From Eledone cirrhosa (Eukaryota): 64,000 nt of DNA. Under the pieces are notes generated by a model. That model saw only the letters and a program-made list of their open reading frames with translations, searched no databases and was not told where the DNA came from. How positions within the stretch are numbered: the first letter of the stretch is position 1; each line of letters begins with the position of its first letter. Positions 29,378 to 43,188 of this stretch are shown here, in pieces. The position numbers and the translations under genes were made by a program. Where the stretch lies: the NCBI GenBank assembly GCA_964016885.1, contig OZ024740.1, positions 375,844,001 to 375,908,000 on the forward strand, given 5' to 3'.

Positions 29378-29906
29378 GAAAGAAGGTTTACATGTTTTGC
29401 TATACAAAAAAGTGTTTAATCACATAGCTTACATTTGTTTCACTGAGCTGGTATGTCTAGAGATCGCTATCCGCCTAATTTTGCGTCACTCGATCGCCAA
29501 TACAGAATTATAACCAGTCAGATCTTCGGAGCATGCGAGAATGAAGAAAATACACAGGCAAGAAAATAAAAGAAATATGGAGTAGTTATGGCATTCAATT
29601 AGAACAATAACAACAACAATTATTACAACAATGCTATCAATAAACTATTTAAGGAGACCCTGACATTACTTAGGTGGGGGGTATATAATGTATCTAATGT
29701 TACGGCGTGAAAACCAGCTGTCATAAGGCAAAAAGTATCGTAGTGTGTATCAATTTTAAATTATAAAGATAAGCTAGTTTTTACAGTCTTTCTCTTCATC
29801 TTCAACAGTATACATGAGTGGGACCACTGTCAAAAGCTCAATAGTTGTAGAGTTAATACAAAGGTTAACGAATTAATATACACATATATCTACGCACACA
29901 CACACA

Positions 29907-29959
<53 letters not shown>

Positions 29960-29961
29960 AT

Positions 29962-29992
<31 letters not shown>

Positions 29993-31052
29993 AATATAAA
30001 TATATATACACATATATGTGTACATAGACACATACATACACATTAATATACACTCGTACAAAAATATACATACATGCAAAGAGAAAAGCGTGCTAATTGT
30101 AATATGGCAAAAAGAAGGTAAAGTAACATTGTAGTAGTGAAATGAGAAAAACTAGGATCTAGGATCAAATGATTGCAGCAGCTGAGAAGGAGTAAGATTG
30201 GGCATATATCACAACCCACTTATAACAGGGTACTAAATAGGAATGTAAAAGCTGCACATAATAGCGCCTCAAACTGCAACTGTCACCTCCCAGATAGGTG
30301 CCCATTGGCGAACAGATGTCTCGATTCGAGCCTGGTGTACATGTGAACTGTCATCTCGGGTAACTCCACTTGGAATTACATAGGATCCACCGCGGGTTCT
30401 TTTAAGAAAAGATGGTATGTGCACAGGCACTCGATGAAAAACCGAGCTCTTATTGGTTCCACCACCCTCGCCAGAAAAATATGGGAATTGAAGGACAGCA
30501 ACGCTAGCTACACTATCAACTGGTCGAAGTTGTCGGCTGCTAAAACCTATAGTACAGGTATGTCCTATTGCGGGCTGTGTGATCTTGAGCTATTGTATAT
30601 CCTTAGAAATGTTAAAAGGCTACTTAATAATAAGTTAGAAAGATCTATCTTCTGCAGACATAGAATAGCCACTAAATTCATAAGATTCAAACCTCCGTGA
30701 ATCGAACCAACATAACATAGCTTTAAATTAGGATACCTACTACCCACAAAAAAATATATTCATTAAGTATACTATTTCCTTCACAAGTCTATACCACACA
30801 ATAGTCTGTAAATACCTCATCTACCAACAATTTTACTCCTTCTCAGCTGCTGCAATCATTTGATCCTAGATCCTAGTTTTTCTCATTTCACTACTACAAT
30901 GTTACTTTACCTTCTTTTTGCCATATTACAATTAGCACGCTTTTCTCTTTGCATGTATGTATATTTTTGTACGAGTGTATATTAATGTGTATGTATGTGT
31001 CTATGTACACATATATGTGTATATATATTTATATTTATATATATATATGTGT

Positions 31053-31092
<40 letters not shown>

Positions 31093-31771
31093 AGATATAT
31101 GCGTATATTAATTCGTAACCTCTGTATTAACTCTACAACTATTGAGCTTTGACAGTGGTCCCACTCATGTATACTGTTGAAGATGAAGAGAAAGACTGTA
31201 AAAACTAGCTTATCTTTATAATTTAAAATTGATACACACTACGATACTTTTTGCCTTGGTTTTCACGCCGTAACATTAGATACAGTATATACCCCCCACC
31301 TAAGTAATGTCAGGGTCTCCTTAAATAGTTTATTGATAGCATTGTTGTAATAATTGTTGTTGTTATTGTTCTAATTGAATGCCATAACTACTCCATATTT
31401 CTTTTATTTTCTTGCCTGTGTATTTTCTTCATTCTCGCATGCTCCGAAGATCTGACTGGTTATAATTCTGTATTGGCGATCGAGTGACGCAAAATTAGGC
31501 GGATAGCGATCTCTAGACATACCAGCTCAGTGAAACAAATGTAAGCTATGTGATTAAAAACTTTTTTGTATAGCAAACCATGTAAACCTTCTTTCTTGAT
31601 TTATTATTACTCCAAGTGTTTACAACATAGGAATTACAGCATACCCGCAGCATCACTATGAAAACGCTTTGTTGAGTCAAACCAAGCCAAGCGTTAATAT
31701 CATCCACTACCTGGAATACCATAACTGGACTTCACCTAAGTGGACTGCATTTAACTATTATTTGTTAATTC

Positions 31772-31775
<4 letters not shown>
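29373..31775 (+). mobile_element. 5'-truncated Hydra-like PLE with about 800-bp inverted pseudo-LTR
   Basis: Arms 29373-30200 / 30828-31600; loop encodes NCNCHLPDRCPL...LVY..YIGST..FKKRW..H...CGLC.LE...CRH (to 30700); right-only tail 31601-31775. Confidence 0.9.
31438..31550 (+). ncRNA. Hammerhead ribozyme, CCGAAGA core, long stem II
   Basis: CATGCT-CCGAAGA-T-CTGACTGGT...ACCAGCTCAG-T-GAAA-CAAATG-TA^AGCTATG; mirror copy 29423-29535(-). Confidence 0.7.
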
Positions 31776-31809
<34 letters not shown>

Positions 31810-34375
31810 GTGTGGTACACGTGTATGTGTGATCGTGTGTGTATGTGTGTGTAGACATTATCAGTAACATTAGAGCGTTGAATATATGTTTCGGATTTCT
31901 CTATTCCGAGGTCACATCACGCAAAGGTCTACTTTGCCTTTTATCCTTTCAGGGTGGATAGGAAATGTACAAGCTCAATGCTAGAGGGGATGCTTTCCTT
32001 CCGGTTGTCATATACTATATGTTCCACGGGTTAACGGAAAGAAGATTTACGAGCGTATCGACGGTTTTCTCTTCACTCCATGAGCACCTAAAACTCTTAC
32101 TGAAATCACGGTACATTCCACTAAGTCATATTCAAGTGCGTGTGACTGCTGTAAGGAGAGAGAAAGAGAAAGAGAGAGAGAGAGAAATATATATATATAG
32201 AGCGAGAGAGAGAGAGAGTAAGTGAAATTCCTATCTGTTGTTTGCGTAGGAAAAACATTCTGGTGATTGTGATTACGAAATTATTAGAATACCCCAGTTT
32301 CTTTTAAGAACGATAATGTTTTCAACAATACATAGAAAACATCACATTTTTATTCCAGTTTCGATCTATCAATGATATTCCAGATGGTAATATACTTCAC
32401 AGCATTTTCTTTTTCAGTAGCTAGATGTATTTTGACAACTTTGTTATGTTTCTACTTTCAGCGTATCTAACGCTTAAATAACAGTTAATGTATCACTATG
32501 TAGATTGTTACTGTATATCTATGTGGTGTGTGTGTACTTCGTGATTTACTTTTTTGTTAGTGGCTTCGACTGCATATACTATTGTGTAGATATTACCAGA
32601 CTCATTCCGTAGATGTGTTCATATATTTGCACGTAAATTATTTTGTTTGATTTGGGTGGCGTGTGAGTTTTACGGTTCATCATATTATTCCTATCGAATA
32701 ATATTCCCTATTTATTGATAGTAAGAATACTTTTTATGAATTTCAGCTAAAACGTTCCTGGCATTATAACGTGACATATATGGTAAATAAAACTATACTG
32801 TTGAATATCTTCACATATTGGGAGACTGAGGTTGAGACTAGTGAATGTTATCATTGAATCAGCTGGCTTTAAAATAATTCCTATTGGCATAGAGTGCATA
32901 ATATATTTATGCTAGATAACTAATTGTTATTTTAGTGTAGGCATTTTGGTTTTGAAATAAACTAGACATGTCAAAGTAGCCTATATTGAACTTGGCTTTG
33001 CATTCTGTTTCCAGAATTGTTTTTCTTTATAGTTGAATTATGATTAACATTAAAAAATAACAATGGTAGATTAAGTGCAATCAGTATTCTTAAGTCGAAC
33101 GTATTGACGGTGTTAATAAGGTATTTGAGTAACATGTCTAAAATATGTCCATTGTTGTATTTGGATAAGGCCAACCCACCATGTTTGAATAAGCTAAAGT
33201 ATATCGTGCTAGATTAAGAGTTTAACACATCTATACTTTACATATATATTAGATGAGCCATAGCCATGTTGCTGTACTAAGAAAATGTAAACATCATAAT
33301 ATATTTTATTCTTCTACATCTTTGTCAGGAGCTATGATTTTCTTAGAATGAATCATAATCTTTATTCATTTTATTTCATGCCCATATAAATCTTACAGAA
33401 TTATAAAACATAAATATGTAGGGCCTTTGAATATAATGGAAATGTCAAATTCTATAAATCTGGAATTAATGTCATTATTAGTAAACCGACTAAAGATTTA
33501 TATGCTTTTATTTCCAGTTTTGGAAAATAGTTAGTTTCTAATAATGTTATTAATATTACCTCAAATATTTTTCACTGCTTTATCGAATTTCGGATATAGT
33601 AGATATAATTGTATTTGACATTTCAGACAGAGTCAGATTTATAGTATTTAACTCTAACGTATGCTTCGCCTTTATCTACAATTCTAATAAATTATCTAAT
33701 TGTCTAAAAGTTTACTGTAACTCTTTATAATATTCAATGTTGGTATATAATATGCTAGTGTTTGTGGCGATACACATTTTAGTAGCTGCTAAAGGATGCT
33801 AATATTCACACCTCGCACGGACCATTAGATTTATTGGGGTTTATGAACTTTTTTGTGAGAACCTTTAATATTCCTATGTTTAGTTTGTGTTGGAGAAAAT
33901 TACACATATTATCAATGGTATTTAGACAGCAGACATGTTTTTAAAGAGGTCCGTTTCACTTATTTCTTGCTACTAGTTTCGGCTGGCGCGCGTGCACGGG
34001 TGTATGTGTGTGTGTGTGTGTGCATGTGCGAGTGTGTGTTTGTCTGTATGTGTGTGTGTGCCAGTGTGTGTGCCAGTGTGTGTGTGTGTGTGTGAAAAAC
34101 GTAAATACAATATGTGTACTTGCAGAATATTAGTTTCCATACCATCTATACAAGTTTAGAATTAAAGGGATCGAATCTTTAATTCTTTGCGGGAACATGA
34201 TTTATGTCACAACAGTCGGTTTGAAATTACTGGCCTTGCACACACTCACACACACACACACGCACACAGACACACACACACACCCCACACAAACAGACAA
34301 ACACACACAAACCCACACATACACACACATACATAGATATACATATTTATATATACATACACACCCACACACACT

Positions 34376-34416
<41 letters not shown>

Positions 34417-34692
34417 TAAAGTGTATATACATATGAACTAGACAAGGCCATAGAAATATATATATATGTTTTTTGCAACCATTCACAGTGTGGCTCAATG
34501 ACGAATTAATAAAATAATTAATAATCAGAGCAATATATAAAAAGTAAGTACATAGAATAATTAGCTGTGAATCGCGGATAAAGAGCTGTATCATTTATCT
34601 ACTATTTCTTCATAGGTATATTTTAAACATATAGCCTCGTTTAAATGATTTTTTTTGTGTGGTTAATTTATGCTGATTGGGAGAAGAAATAA

Positions 34693-34852
34693 TTATTTCT
34701 ACCTTTGGCACAAGGCCAGCAATTATCCCAATGCATTACTGGTACTTTATTTTATTGACCCCGGCGGGATTTGAACTCAGATCATAAAGGGCCATAACCC
34801 TATGCTGCAAAGTATGGCGTCCGACCCTCTACCGATACTGCCAATCCACCGG
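34693..34852 (-). mobile_element. tRNA-derived SINE
   Basis: Reverse complement of the 14961-15120 family; GGATTTGAACTC is the B box. Confidence 0.7.
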
Positions 34853-34944
34853 AGAAGAAATAATGTATATATTTTCTCTAATGATTCTATGGACTTACTT
34901 TATATATATATATATATTTTTTTTTTTTACACATGTAAGTTTGG

Positions 34945-35230
34945 ACGTTCAGCACTAGATAGAACTGGTCATTCCACCATGTTAACAATGATATGATAAT
35001 AGGAACGCACTCGACGATGCGTAACTCATCCATCTTTGATGTTGAATCATGTGTGTGATGCGGAAGCGAAGTTAAATATTGTCATTTTACTCTATAATAT
35101 TTACCTCCGTTTCCGCACCACAAACAGGATTCAACATCTAAAATTGATGAGTTGCTTCACACCGAGCACCTTCCTACTATCATATCCTGATTAACATTGC
35201 GGAATGACCAGTTCTAAACCAGTGCTGAAC
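34945..35230. repeat. Older imperfect fold-back
   Basis: Arms about 34945-35079 / 35095-35230 with scattered mismatches. Confidence 0.75.
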
Positions 35231-35260
35231 CACTAAAATTATATATATATATATATATAT

Positions 35261-35553
35261 TTAAAAGAATAGAGGTGTAACACACGAGTTGTGATATATT
35301 GGTAAAAGGAAAAGAAAATGCTGACACATTGTTCCCAGTGAAAAATAGTTTAATTAGAAATAAGTAAAAATTAGTAATAAGTATTGGTTAGTATTCAGTT
35401 TTAGTTTTAAAACTAAAACTGAATACTAACCAGTACTTATTACTAATTTTTACTTATTCCTAATTAAACTATTTTTCACTGGGAACAATGTGTCAGCATT
35501 TTCTTTTCCTTTTACCAATATATCACAACTCGTGTGTTACACCTCTATTCTTT

Positions 35554-35556
<3 letters not shown>
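35261..35556. repeat. 296-bp loopless palindrome of a PLE 3' terminus
   Basis: Centre 35408/35409 (GTTTT|AAAAC), very few mismatches; sequence matches the end of the 46191-47805 family; embedded in (TA)n. Confidence 0.92.
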
Positions 35557-35615
<59 letters not shown>

Positions 35616-35828
35616 TATATAAAGATTATGTGTGCTTGTGTGTGCGATTGTGTGATGAGTGTGTGAGAGAGAGAAAAAGAGAAAGAGAGAAAGAAATTGA
35701 GAGGGAGGGAGATAGATATATAGAGAGAGAGTGGAAGAGAGGATGAGAGAGAGAGAGAGAGAGAAGAGGCCGTAAATTATATTCTGTATAGAATTTTCAC
35801 TGCAAGAGATTCACTTCATATGCTATCC

Positions 35829-35899
35829 AAGGGCGGTGCCCCAGCATGGCCTCAGCCGGATGGCTGAAACAGGTAAAAGAGTAAAAGAGTAAAAGAGTA
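35829..35899 (+). mobile_element. SINE 3' end
   Basis: GGCGGTGCCCCAGCATGGCC...CTGAAACAG + (TAAAAGAG)n tail, an Octopus-type SINE end. Confidence 0.7.
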
Positions 35900-36222
35900 T
35901 CGCTTGGAGATGTCAACGATTTCCGCACCTCCTGACACTATTGCTCACACCAGCGGTGCCAAGCAGCATTGATGTAACCAAGGTATGTCATGTCTTATAG
36001 GCCACACAATAGTATAATTTCACTTTCGGTATACAAACAGTGATCATTAGGACATATATGTATATATACGAAAACAGTCATGTCATAGACGTTTCCTTTC
36101 TCTTATTTACCGTGTGTAGTTTTTAATAAGTTCCATGAGACATCCTTCAACATACATATATATGAATATATATACGCATACACACACACGCACACACACA
36201 CACACACATACACAGATACATA

Positions 36223-36259
<37 letters not shown>

Positions 36260-36330
36260 ATGTATATGTATACAAGGTGATGCCTCATGAACTTTAGAAC
36301 AAAGCTACATGAGGAAATGAGTGAAATATA

Positions 36331-36409
<79 letters not shown>

Positions 36410-36415
36410 TATGTA

Positions 36416-36451
<36 letters not shown>

Positions 36452-36589
36452 AAGTGAGTAGCGTGTGTGTGTTTGTTTGTATGTATGAGTGTTGCTGTGT
36501 GCGCGCGTATGTATGCGTGTGTGTGCGCGCATATGTATGCGCGTGTGTGTATGTCGTACGTATAAGTGTCAATAAGTGTTTTTTTTTGT

Positions 36590-39500
36590 TTTTTTTGCCC
36601 GGGGACAGAAATAATCGGGCTGGATGCCCGATCGCGCAGTTAAACCACTGGGAGTGAATGAAACCCTAGCCCTTTTCAGGGCATTCTTCTAGGAGAAGGC
36701 ATCTCAGGAAACTGGGTTAACTCTGACATAAATCCTGCGGCTCAGTAGTTACCGATGATGTTGATCTTTTCTTCTTTTCGGGTTATAGCTACTGTCGCTC
36801 AGAGAGTGGGATTGGCTCAGTGCACAGTCTTTCCTCACTTTAAAAATATTCGTCACGCACAGGCATTGCACGAGTGCATTAATAATTATTAATAGTGTAC
36901 TATTACTATTATTATTATTATTACTATTATTATTACTTTTTTTTTTTTTTTTTTTTAATAATTCAATGATGTTCCAGAACAATATAAAAGAGATAATTGG
37001 CAATTTAGGTTCTGGAACAAAAAAGATAATTGGCAATAAGGGCAGGGGCCCTAGGTTATCACAGCCAGGGCCCGCTCGTCATCGTGCCATTGTAATAGAG
37101 CCAAACAGGCATTTAGTCTTGGCTGCTGGAACGTACGGACGCTGCTTGACAGGGATTCCTTGGAGCGTCCTGAACGAAGGACCACTCTTGTTGCAAAGGA
37201 GCTTCGACGTTACGATCTTGACATCGTGGCTTTATCTGAGACGAGGTTAGCTGGAGATGGTCATCTTACGGAATTTTGTAGAGAATATGCATTCTTCTGG
37301 AAAGGAAGAGATGAAGGAACCAGAAGAGAGGCTGGGGTAGGATTTGCTGTTAAGACTGTACTTGTGAATACATTAGAAGAATTCCAGGTAGGGATTAGTG
37401 AGCGTCTTATATCCATGAGAGTTCCTCTGGACAAAGGAAGATATGCTACCCTGGTGAGTGTGTATGCTGCAACTATGAATTCTGTCGATGAAGAAAAAGT
37501 GTCCTTTTACCATGCCTTGAAAGGTGTTTTAAGAAATATCCCTCAGGCAGACAAAGTCAGCCTGAGGGATATTTCTAAAGATTGTATGCTATTCGTCTTA
37601 AGGATAAAAATGTGAAGATGACATTGGAAGAGGAGATGCAGGCTGCAGATATTAGTGAGGATTGGCCGACCCTTAAAAAGTCGGTTTATGATGTAGGCAG
37701 GCGTGTTCTGGGATTGGTGCAGAGAAAACATCAGGACTGGTTTAATGAGAATGATGTACATATAGAAGACTTGTTGGCTGATAAGAGGCGTGCTCTGTCA
37801 CGCTACTTGACGGCAAAACCACAGGAGAGGAATACGTTGCATGAGGGACTCAGGGATGTAAAATCACGTGTTAGGCGGAGTCTTTCTCAGATGAAGGATC
37901 AGCGGTGGAGTGAGAATACTGGTTTGATACAAACTGCGTCAGATTCCAATAACACAAAGCTGTTGTATAGTCTCTTGCGTGAGGTTTATGGACCGTCTTC
38001 TTCTCTGGTGACACCGCTTCGCAGCAAGGATGGCAAAGAACTTCTTTGTGACTCACAAGGAGTTCTACGACAGTGGAGAGAGCACTTTGATGATCTTTTG
38101 AATCAGCCATCTGTCGTCAGTGAAGATTTCCTCAATCTCATTCGAGAAAGTTCTGTGAAAATAGCTCTCGCAGAACCCCCGACGCTTGTAGAGGTTGCAG
38201 TGGCTATTTCGAAGCTGAACAGTGGAAGATCTCCAGGTATGGATGGCATACATGCTGAGCTCCTACAATATGGTGGTGAGAGACTCCCGCAACATCTTCA
38301 CTCTTTGTTTGGCAGGATATGGGCTAATGAATCCGTACCTGAGGACTGGAGAGATGCAGTAATGGTGGTCTTGCACAAGGGAAAGGGTAACAGGAATGAT
38401 TGTGGGAACTACAGAGGTATATCATTGCTTTCTGTCGTAGGGAAAGTTTTATGTAGGGTGCTTCTGGACCGTCTGCTGACACACATTGCAGATTGTGTTC
38501 TTCCTGAAAGTCGATCTGGTTTTCGTGCTGGACGCGGCACTACTGATATGATCTTCTCAGCTAGACAGCTCCAGGAGAAGTGCATGGTACAAGGCTTGGG
38601 TCTGTATCAGGTTTTTGTTGATCTGACAAAAGATTTCGATACTGTTAACAGAGATGCATTATGGAAGGTTCTCCAGAAACTTGGTTGCCCTGATAAGTTC
38701 CTTGCTTTAGTTAGGTCTTTCCATGACGACATGAAGGCTTGGGTTAATGTCGGAGGTAACATGTCGGAGCCTATCTCAGTAAAAAATGGAGTGAAACAGG
38801 GGGATATTCCAGCAACGACCCCGTTTGCCATATACTTTGCAATGGTTTTCTGTATTGCATTCAGGAATTGCGAGCATGGTGTTTACATCTGATATCGAAC
38901 CTCAGGCAGCATATTTAACATCAGGCGCTTTGCTGCGAAGACAAAAGTATTTACATCAATCATAAGAGACCTCTTGTATGCAGAAGATTGCGATCTTGTA
39001 GCGCACACAGAGAGTGATATGCAGCACATTTTGAATGCATTTTCTGACGCTTGCACTGCCCTAGGATTGACTGTCAGTCTCAAGAAAACCGTCGTCATGT
39101 ACCAACCTGCCCCTGGTAAGCAGTACACTGAACCAAACATCTATGTGTATGGCAAACGACTTGGAGTGGTTGATCAGTTTGTCTACCTGGGAAGTACTGT
39201 CAATCGATACAGCAACCTTGACAGTGAATTCTCACGTAGGATTAGGAAAGCAAGTGATGCTTTCGGAAAGCTAGAAAGGCGACTCTGGGGTCGGCGAGAC
39301 ATATGCAGGAGGACAAAGGTAAAGGTGTACAGGGCATGTGTGCTCTCTTGTCTTCTTTATGCCTGCGAGACCTGGGTCACATATCGACAACACCTTAAGC
39401 AATTGGAGCGTTTCCATCAGATGTGTCTCAGACGGATCCATAGCGTTCACTGGAGGGACCACATCAGTAATGTCGAGATTTTGGAAAGCTTTATGTGTGA

Positions 39501-40343
39501 CAGTATAGAAGCTCTTGTGCTTAAGCAACGACTCCGTTGCAGTGGTCACCTTGCCAGGATGATGGATTCTAGAATACCAAAACAACTCTTTTATGGAGAG
39601 TTGGTTAAAGAAAAACGACCGCCACATAAACCAAAAAAGAGGTATAAGGATTCCTTGAAAGCCTCTCTGAAAGACGCTAACATCTCTGCTGATACATGGG
39701 AACATATTGCTGCTGATCGTAATAAATGGAGAAAGACTGTATATGAGGGAAAAGTTGCCTTTGAGGCATCTCGAATCGCATACGAGAAAGTAAAGAGGGA
39801 TGTGAGGAAGGGCATTGCTGTTGCACTTCCAGACGGCGAGGGTCCTCCTATGGTGCTGACATGCAGCGTCTGTGCGAGACTCTGCCTAAGCAAAGCTGGA
39901 CTCGAAAGTCATCTTCGCAGTCATAAAGTAAGACCAGTGGTTGACTACCAGGCTGCTGTTGGAAATGCTACTCATCATGCTTGCCAAATATGTGGTAGAG
40001 AATGTAAATCAGCAGGAGGGCTCAAGCGACATGCAAAAGTACACGAACTCCAACCACAGCCGACTATTCCCAGTGAATGTTTTGGTTGCCGACTCAGTGC
40101 AAGGCATTTTAGATCATTGGCTGGGCTAAAAAGCCACATTCGATCGCAGCGCTGTTAGTTGCTATCGTGTGTGTGTGTGTGTGTATAGATATGCTTATGT
40201 GTGTGCGTGTATGTGTATATATATATGTATATGTATATTATTATTGTTGTTGTCGTTATTATTATTGTTGTTATCATTATGATTATTATTATTGTTATTA
40301 ATGTACGTGTGTGTATGCGTGTGTGTATGTGTATGTATGTGTG

Positions 40344-40384
<41 letters not shown>

Positions 40385-40470
40385 CTTTTCTTTTCTTTTC
40401 TATTTATTTATAAATTTTTTTTTTGTTATCCTCGTGCAATGGCCATACTCGATAACGAGGGGGCAGCCAT

Positions 40471-40476
<6 letters not shown>
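36590..40476 (+). mobile_element. Near-full-length decayed RTE-clade (BovB-like) LINE
   Basis: APE start (WNVRTL, PERRT, DIVALSETR, GVGFAV) with a deletion at about 37555; RT motifs (SPGMDG, NYRGISLL, GFRAGR, DLTKDFD, GVKQG, YAED, YLGS); in-frame TGA at 38890; 3' stem-loop and (CAT)n tail. Confidence 0.93.
37582..40158 (+). pseudogene. RTE reverse transcriptase with C-terminal C2H2 fingers, inactivated
   Basis: ORFs 37582-38892 and 38974-40158 share one frame split by a single stop; the catalytic YADD reads YAED. Confidence 0.9.
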
Positions 40477-40531
<55 letters not shown>

Positions 40532-40812
40532 ATTAAATAAATGGAAAACTATATTTATAAAACCATATTTATTTCATTATATATATTTCGGGGTTATCAT
40601 ATTAACAATATGCTATGCCTTCATCAGACAAAATACAATATAAACAGTTTTATAGATAAATATATTCGACATACCGTAATAAACATCAACTTCATTTGAA
40701 GAGGTTTACTCTAGCAGTATATATATATATATATATACACACATATAAACAAGGCAAACACAAATTCATAAGGATAGATTCGTATTAGTGTGTTTATGAG
40801 AGAGAGAGAAAG

Positions 40813-40861
<49 letters not shown>

Positions 40862-40963
40862 GAGTGTGTGTGTCTAGGAATAAATGTTAAGATGCACTAC
40901 GGATCAAGCTTTCTCTTTCGGCATACATTTTTCTCTTTGGATGAAAGGTACATGTACCTTCCT

Positions 40964-41031
<68 letters not shown>

Positions 41032-43188
41032 GCTTTTTTAAAATTCTATGGCTATCTTCCTATGATAATATTTGAATTCAAAAAGCTTTCTTGACAATAA
41101 TGTTGATATATGCTTAGAACAGTCTCTTTCTTACATAAACACGTAATCATCTACGGTAACGCATTTCTTATCTAAGGACATTTATTGAGTTATTCAAAGG
41201 AATCTGCTGTAACCCACATAGAAACGTGCTACGCACTATAACGCGCACCGCATATATTTCACCGAACACATTGAAAATCATATCTTAACGTTCAATCAAT
41301 GAAGTAAGTAGCTTAAATAGATAATTTTAGGATTATGTGAATACTTTGATATGAAAGAGGGAAAAGTCTGACTTTTATCTACGAACATTCTGAGCCGAAT
41401 AAAATCCAATAAACGATAATTATACGGTAAAATATCGTTATCAAAATTTGTCGATTTTCTATCCGTAGTGGTCTATAAAGGTATCATTTTGTTAATCTGA
41501 TCTCTATTTTTTTTTTCTTGCATTAAAAGTAAAGTAAGTCTGTTTTGTATATTATTATTTTCGAATGATCAAAGGTAGCTGTAAACATCGTTAGAAATGG
41601 ACACATTCACTGAATTAATTTCCTGAAAAAGAACATCAACGTGATTTCTTTATTTATTTTTATTTTTGCAAATATCTGTTACTAGATTCGTGATGATAAA
41701 CATGCGTTTAAGCTACAGCGACGTATTGTAAGAATATATAGCGTATGTTTTTTATAGATTAATTTAACTTGTCTATACTTCCTGTGTATTAAAAGTTTTT
41801 GATACATTCAATATGAATTTTAAATACTCTCCTATGTTAAAAAGTGAATATCATTAATAATAAAAATATATACTTGTTCTTATCTGATCACGAGAATTTA
41901 TTAATAAGTCTCTAAATATGAATAAAACCAGAAAAATTAAAATAATTAACCTTATATTAAGTTACAAAGGGGAAAATACGTAGTCGAAATCTTTTCAAAA
42001 TTGTGTAAATGCATTATATTCTTTGGTTATCAGTTTATCCAGAATTTTATTTTGATATTGGTTTGTTTATAAGAATATGGATTCTGAATTAAGTTTGAAT
42101 GTAATATTTTCATACATATGAAGCTAATATCTGACATAAAGCACAAATTTGTGAAGTGTATTATCTCTGATTTAGTGAAAGTGTGCATTGAAATCCGGCG
42201 TAATTTGCAATTTATGTCTAAAATATATCTGACACAGGATCAGATCTTATTTAACCTGATGACCGCAGAAAGAAAATATTTCTCGTATTTTAAAGATATT
42301 TAACTAAATCGAAACATCTCTATTTATAACTCAAGTGTTTGTTATGTTGATGTGTCTCCGGGTAAATAATAACCTTTCTATGTTATATCCTAAAACAGTA
42401 TAATTGAGAGTGCAGGGTAGATATCCTTATATACATTTATCGCTGACCTTTTAAATTATCATCTTAAAAATCTAAATATCTACATCTATTACATTTAGAA
42501 CCCAGAATGAGCCAAATTGTGGTAGTAGATATATATAGAGGGGTATCTAAAGATAATTTTGTGTGATAGACGTAGTAAGGAGGAGAATTTGATAGTGCTC
42601 TCGGGTCGCTCTCGGGTTTGCTTAAATTCTTATAATCGGGTTGTGAGGAATCAGTAATTGTATAGAGTATGTTCATAAATATGAGATTTCTTGTAATGCT
42701 GTTTTCGTTATATATAAGTTTTTAATCATTTATTGTTAATGAACTAAAACTAATGATAAAATAAAAAAAACATTTTTAAAGATGAGGTCCATTATATATA
42801 TGCCCAATGTTGTGTGACGTTCATCAGGTTTGCAATCTCAACTAAAGCAATTTAAATTATATACAAAAGGGGTTTTTACCAGATTTGTAAGCTATTTATA
42901 GCCACGGTCCAGCCTCACCGGCTCGAGCCGGGAAGGGAAACCTGCTTGGTAAACTAATTGAGAGCAGCATGGCGTGGAAGGCGGTCGGCTCCACTCCATG
43001 CTGCAAATGGATGGAGGCCAAAAGAGCCCACGGTGGATTCACAGCGACATTTGTGTAGATCACAGATCCGGAGGCCAAGCCACAAAGAAACCATGATATC
43101 GCATTAATTATTATATGGAAATGCAATATTCATCTTTTCTTCGTAATCATATATATATAAATATATATGTATATATATGTATATATAT

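Noticed and set aside
36590-36800. HDV-like ribozyme in the RTE 5' UTR
   Set aside because: GC-rich hairpins are present but I could not build the nested double pseudoknot.
38890-38892. TGA read-through or selenocysteine in the RTE ORF
   Set aside because: Fits CGA-to-TGA CpG decay, and the copy also has YAED and an APE deletion.
43043-43102. Hammerhead at GCGA...GAAACCATGATA-TCGC
   Set aside because: Stems fit but the CUGANGA core is missing; a relic at best.
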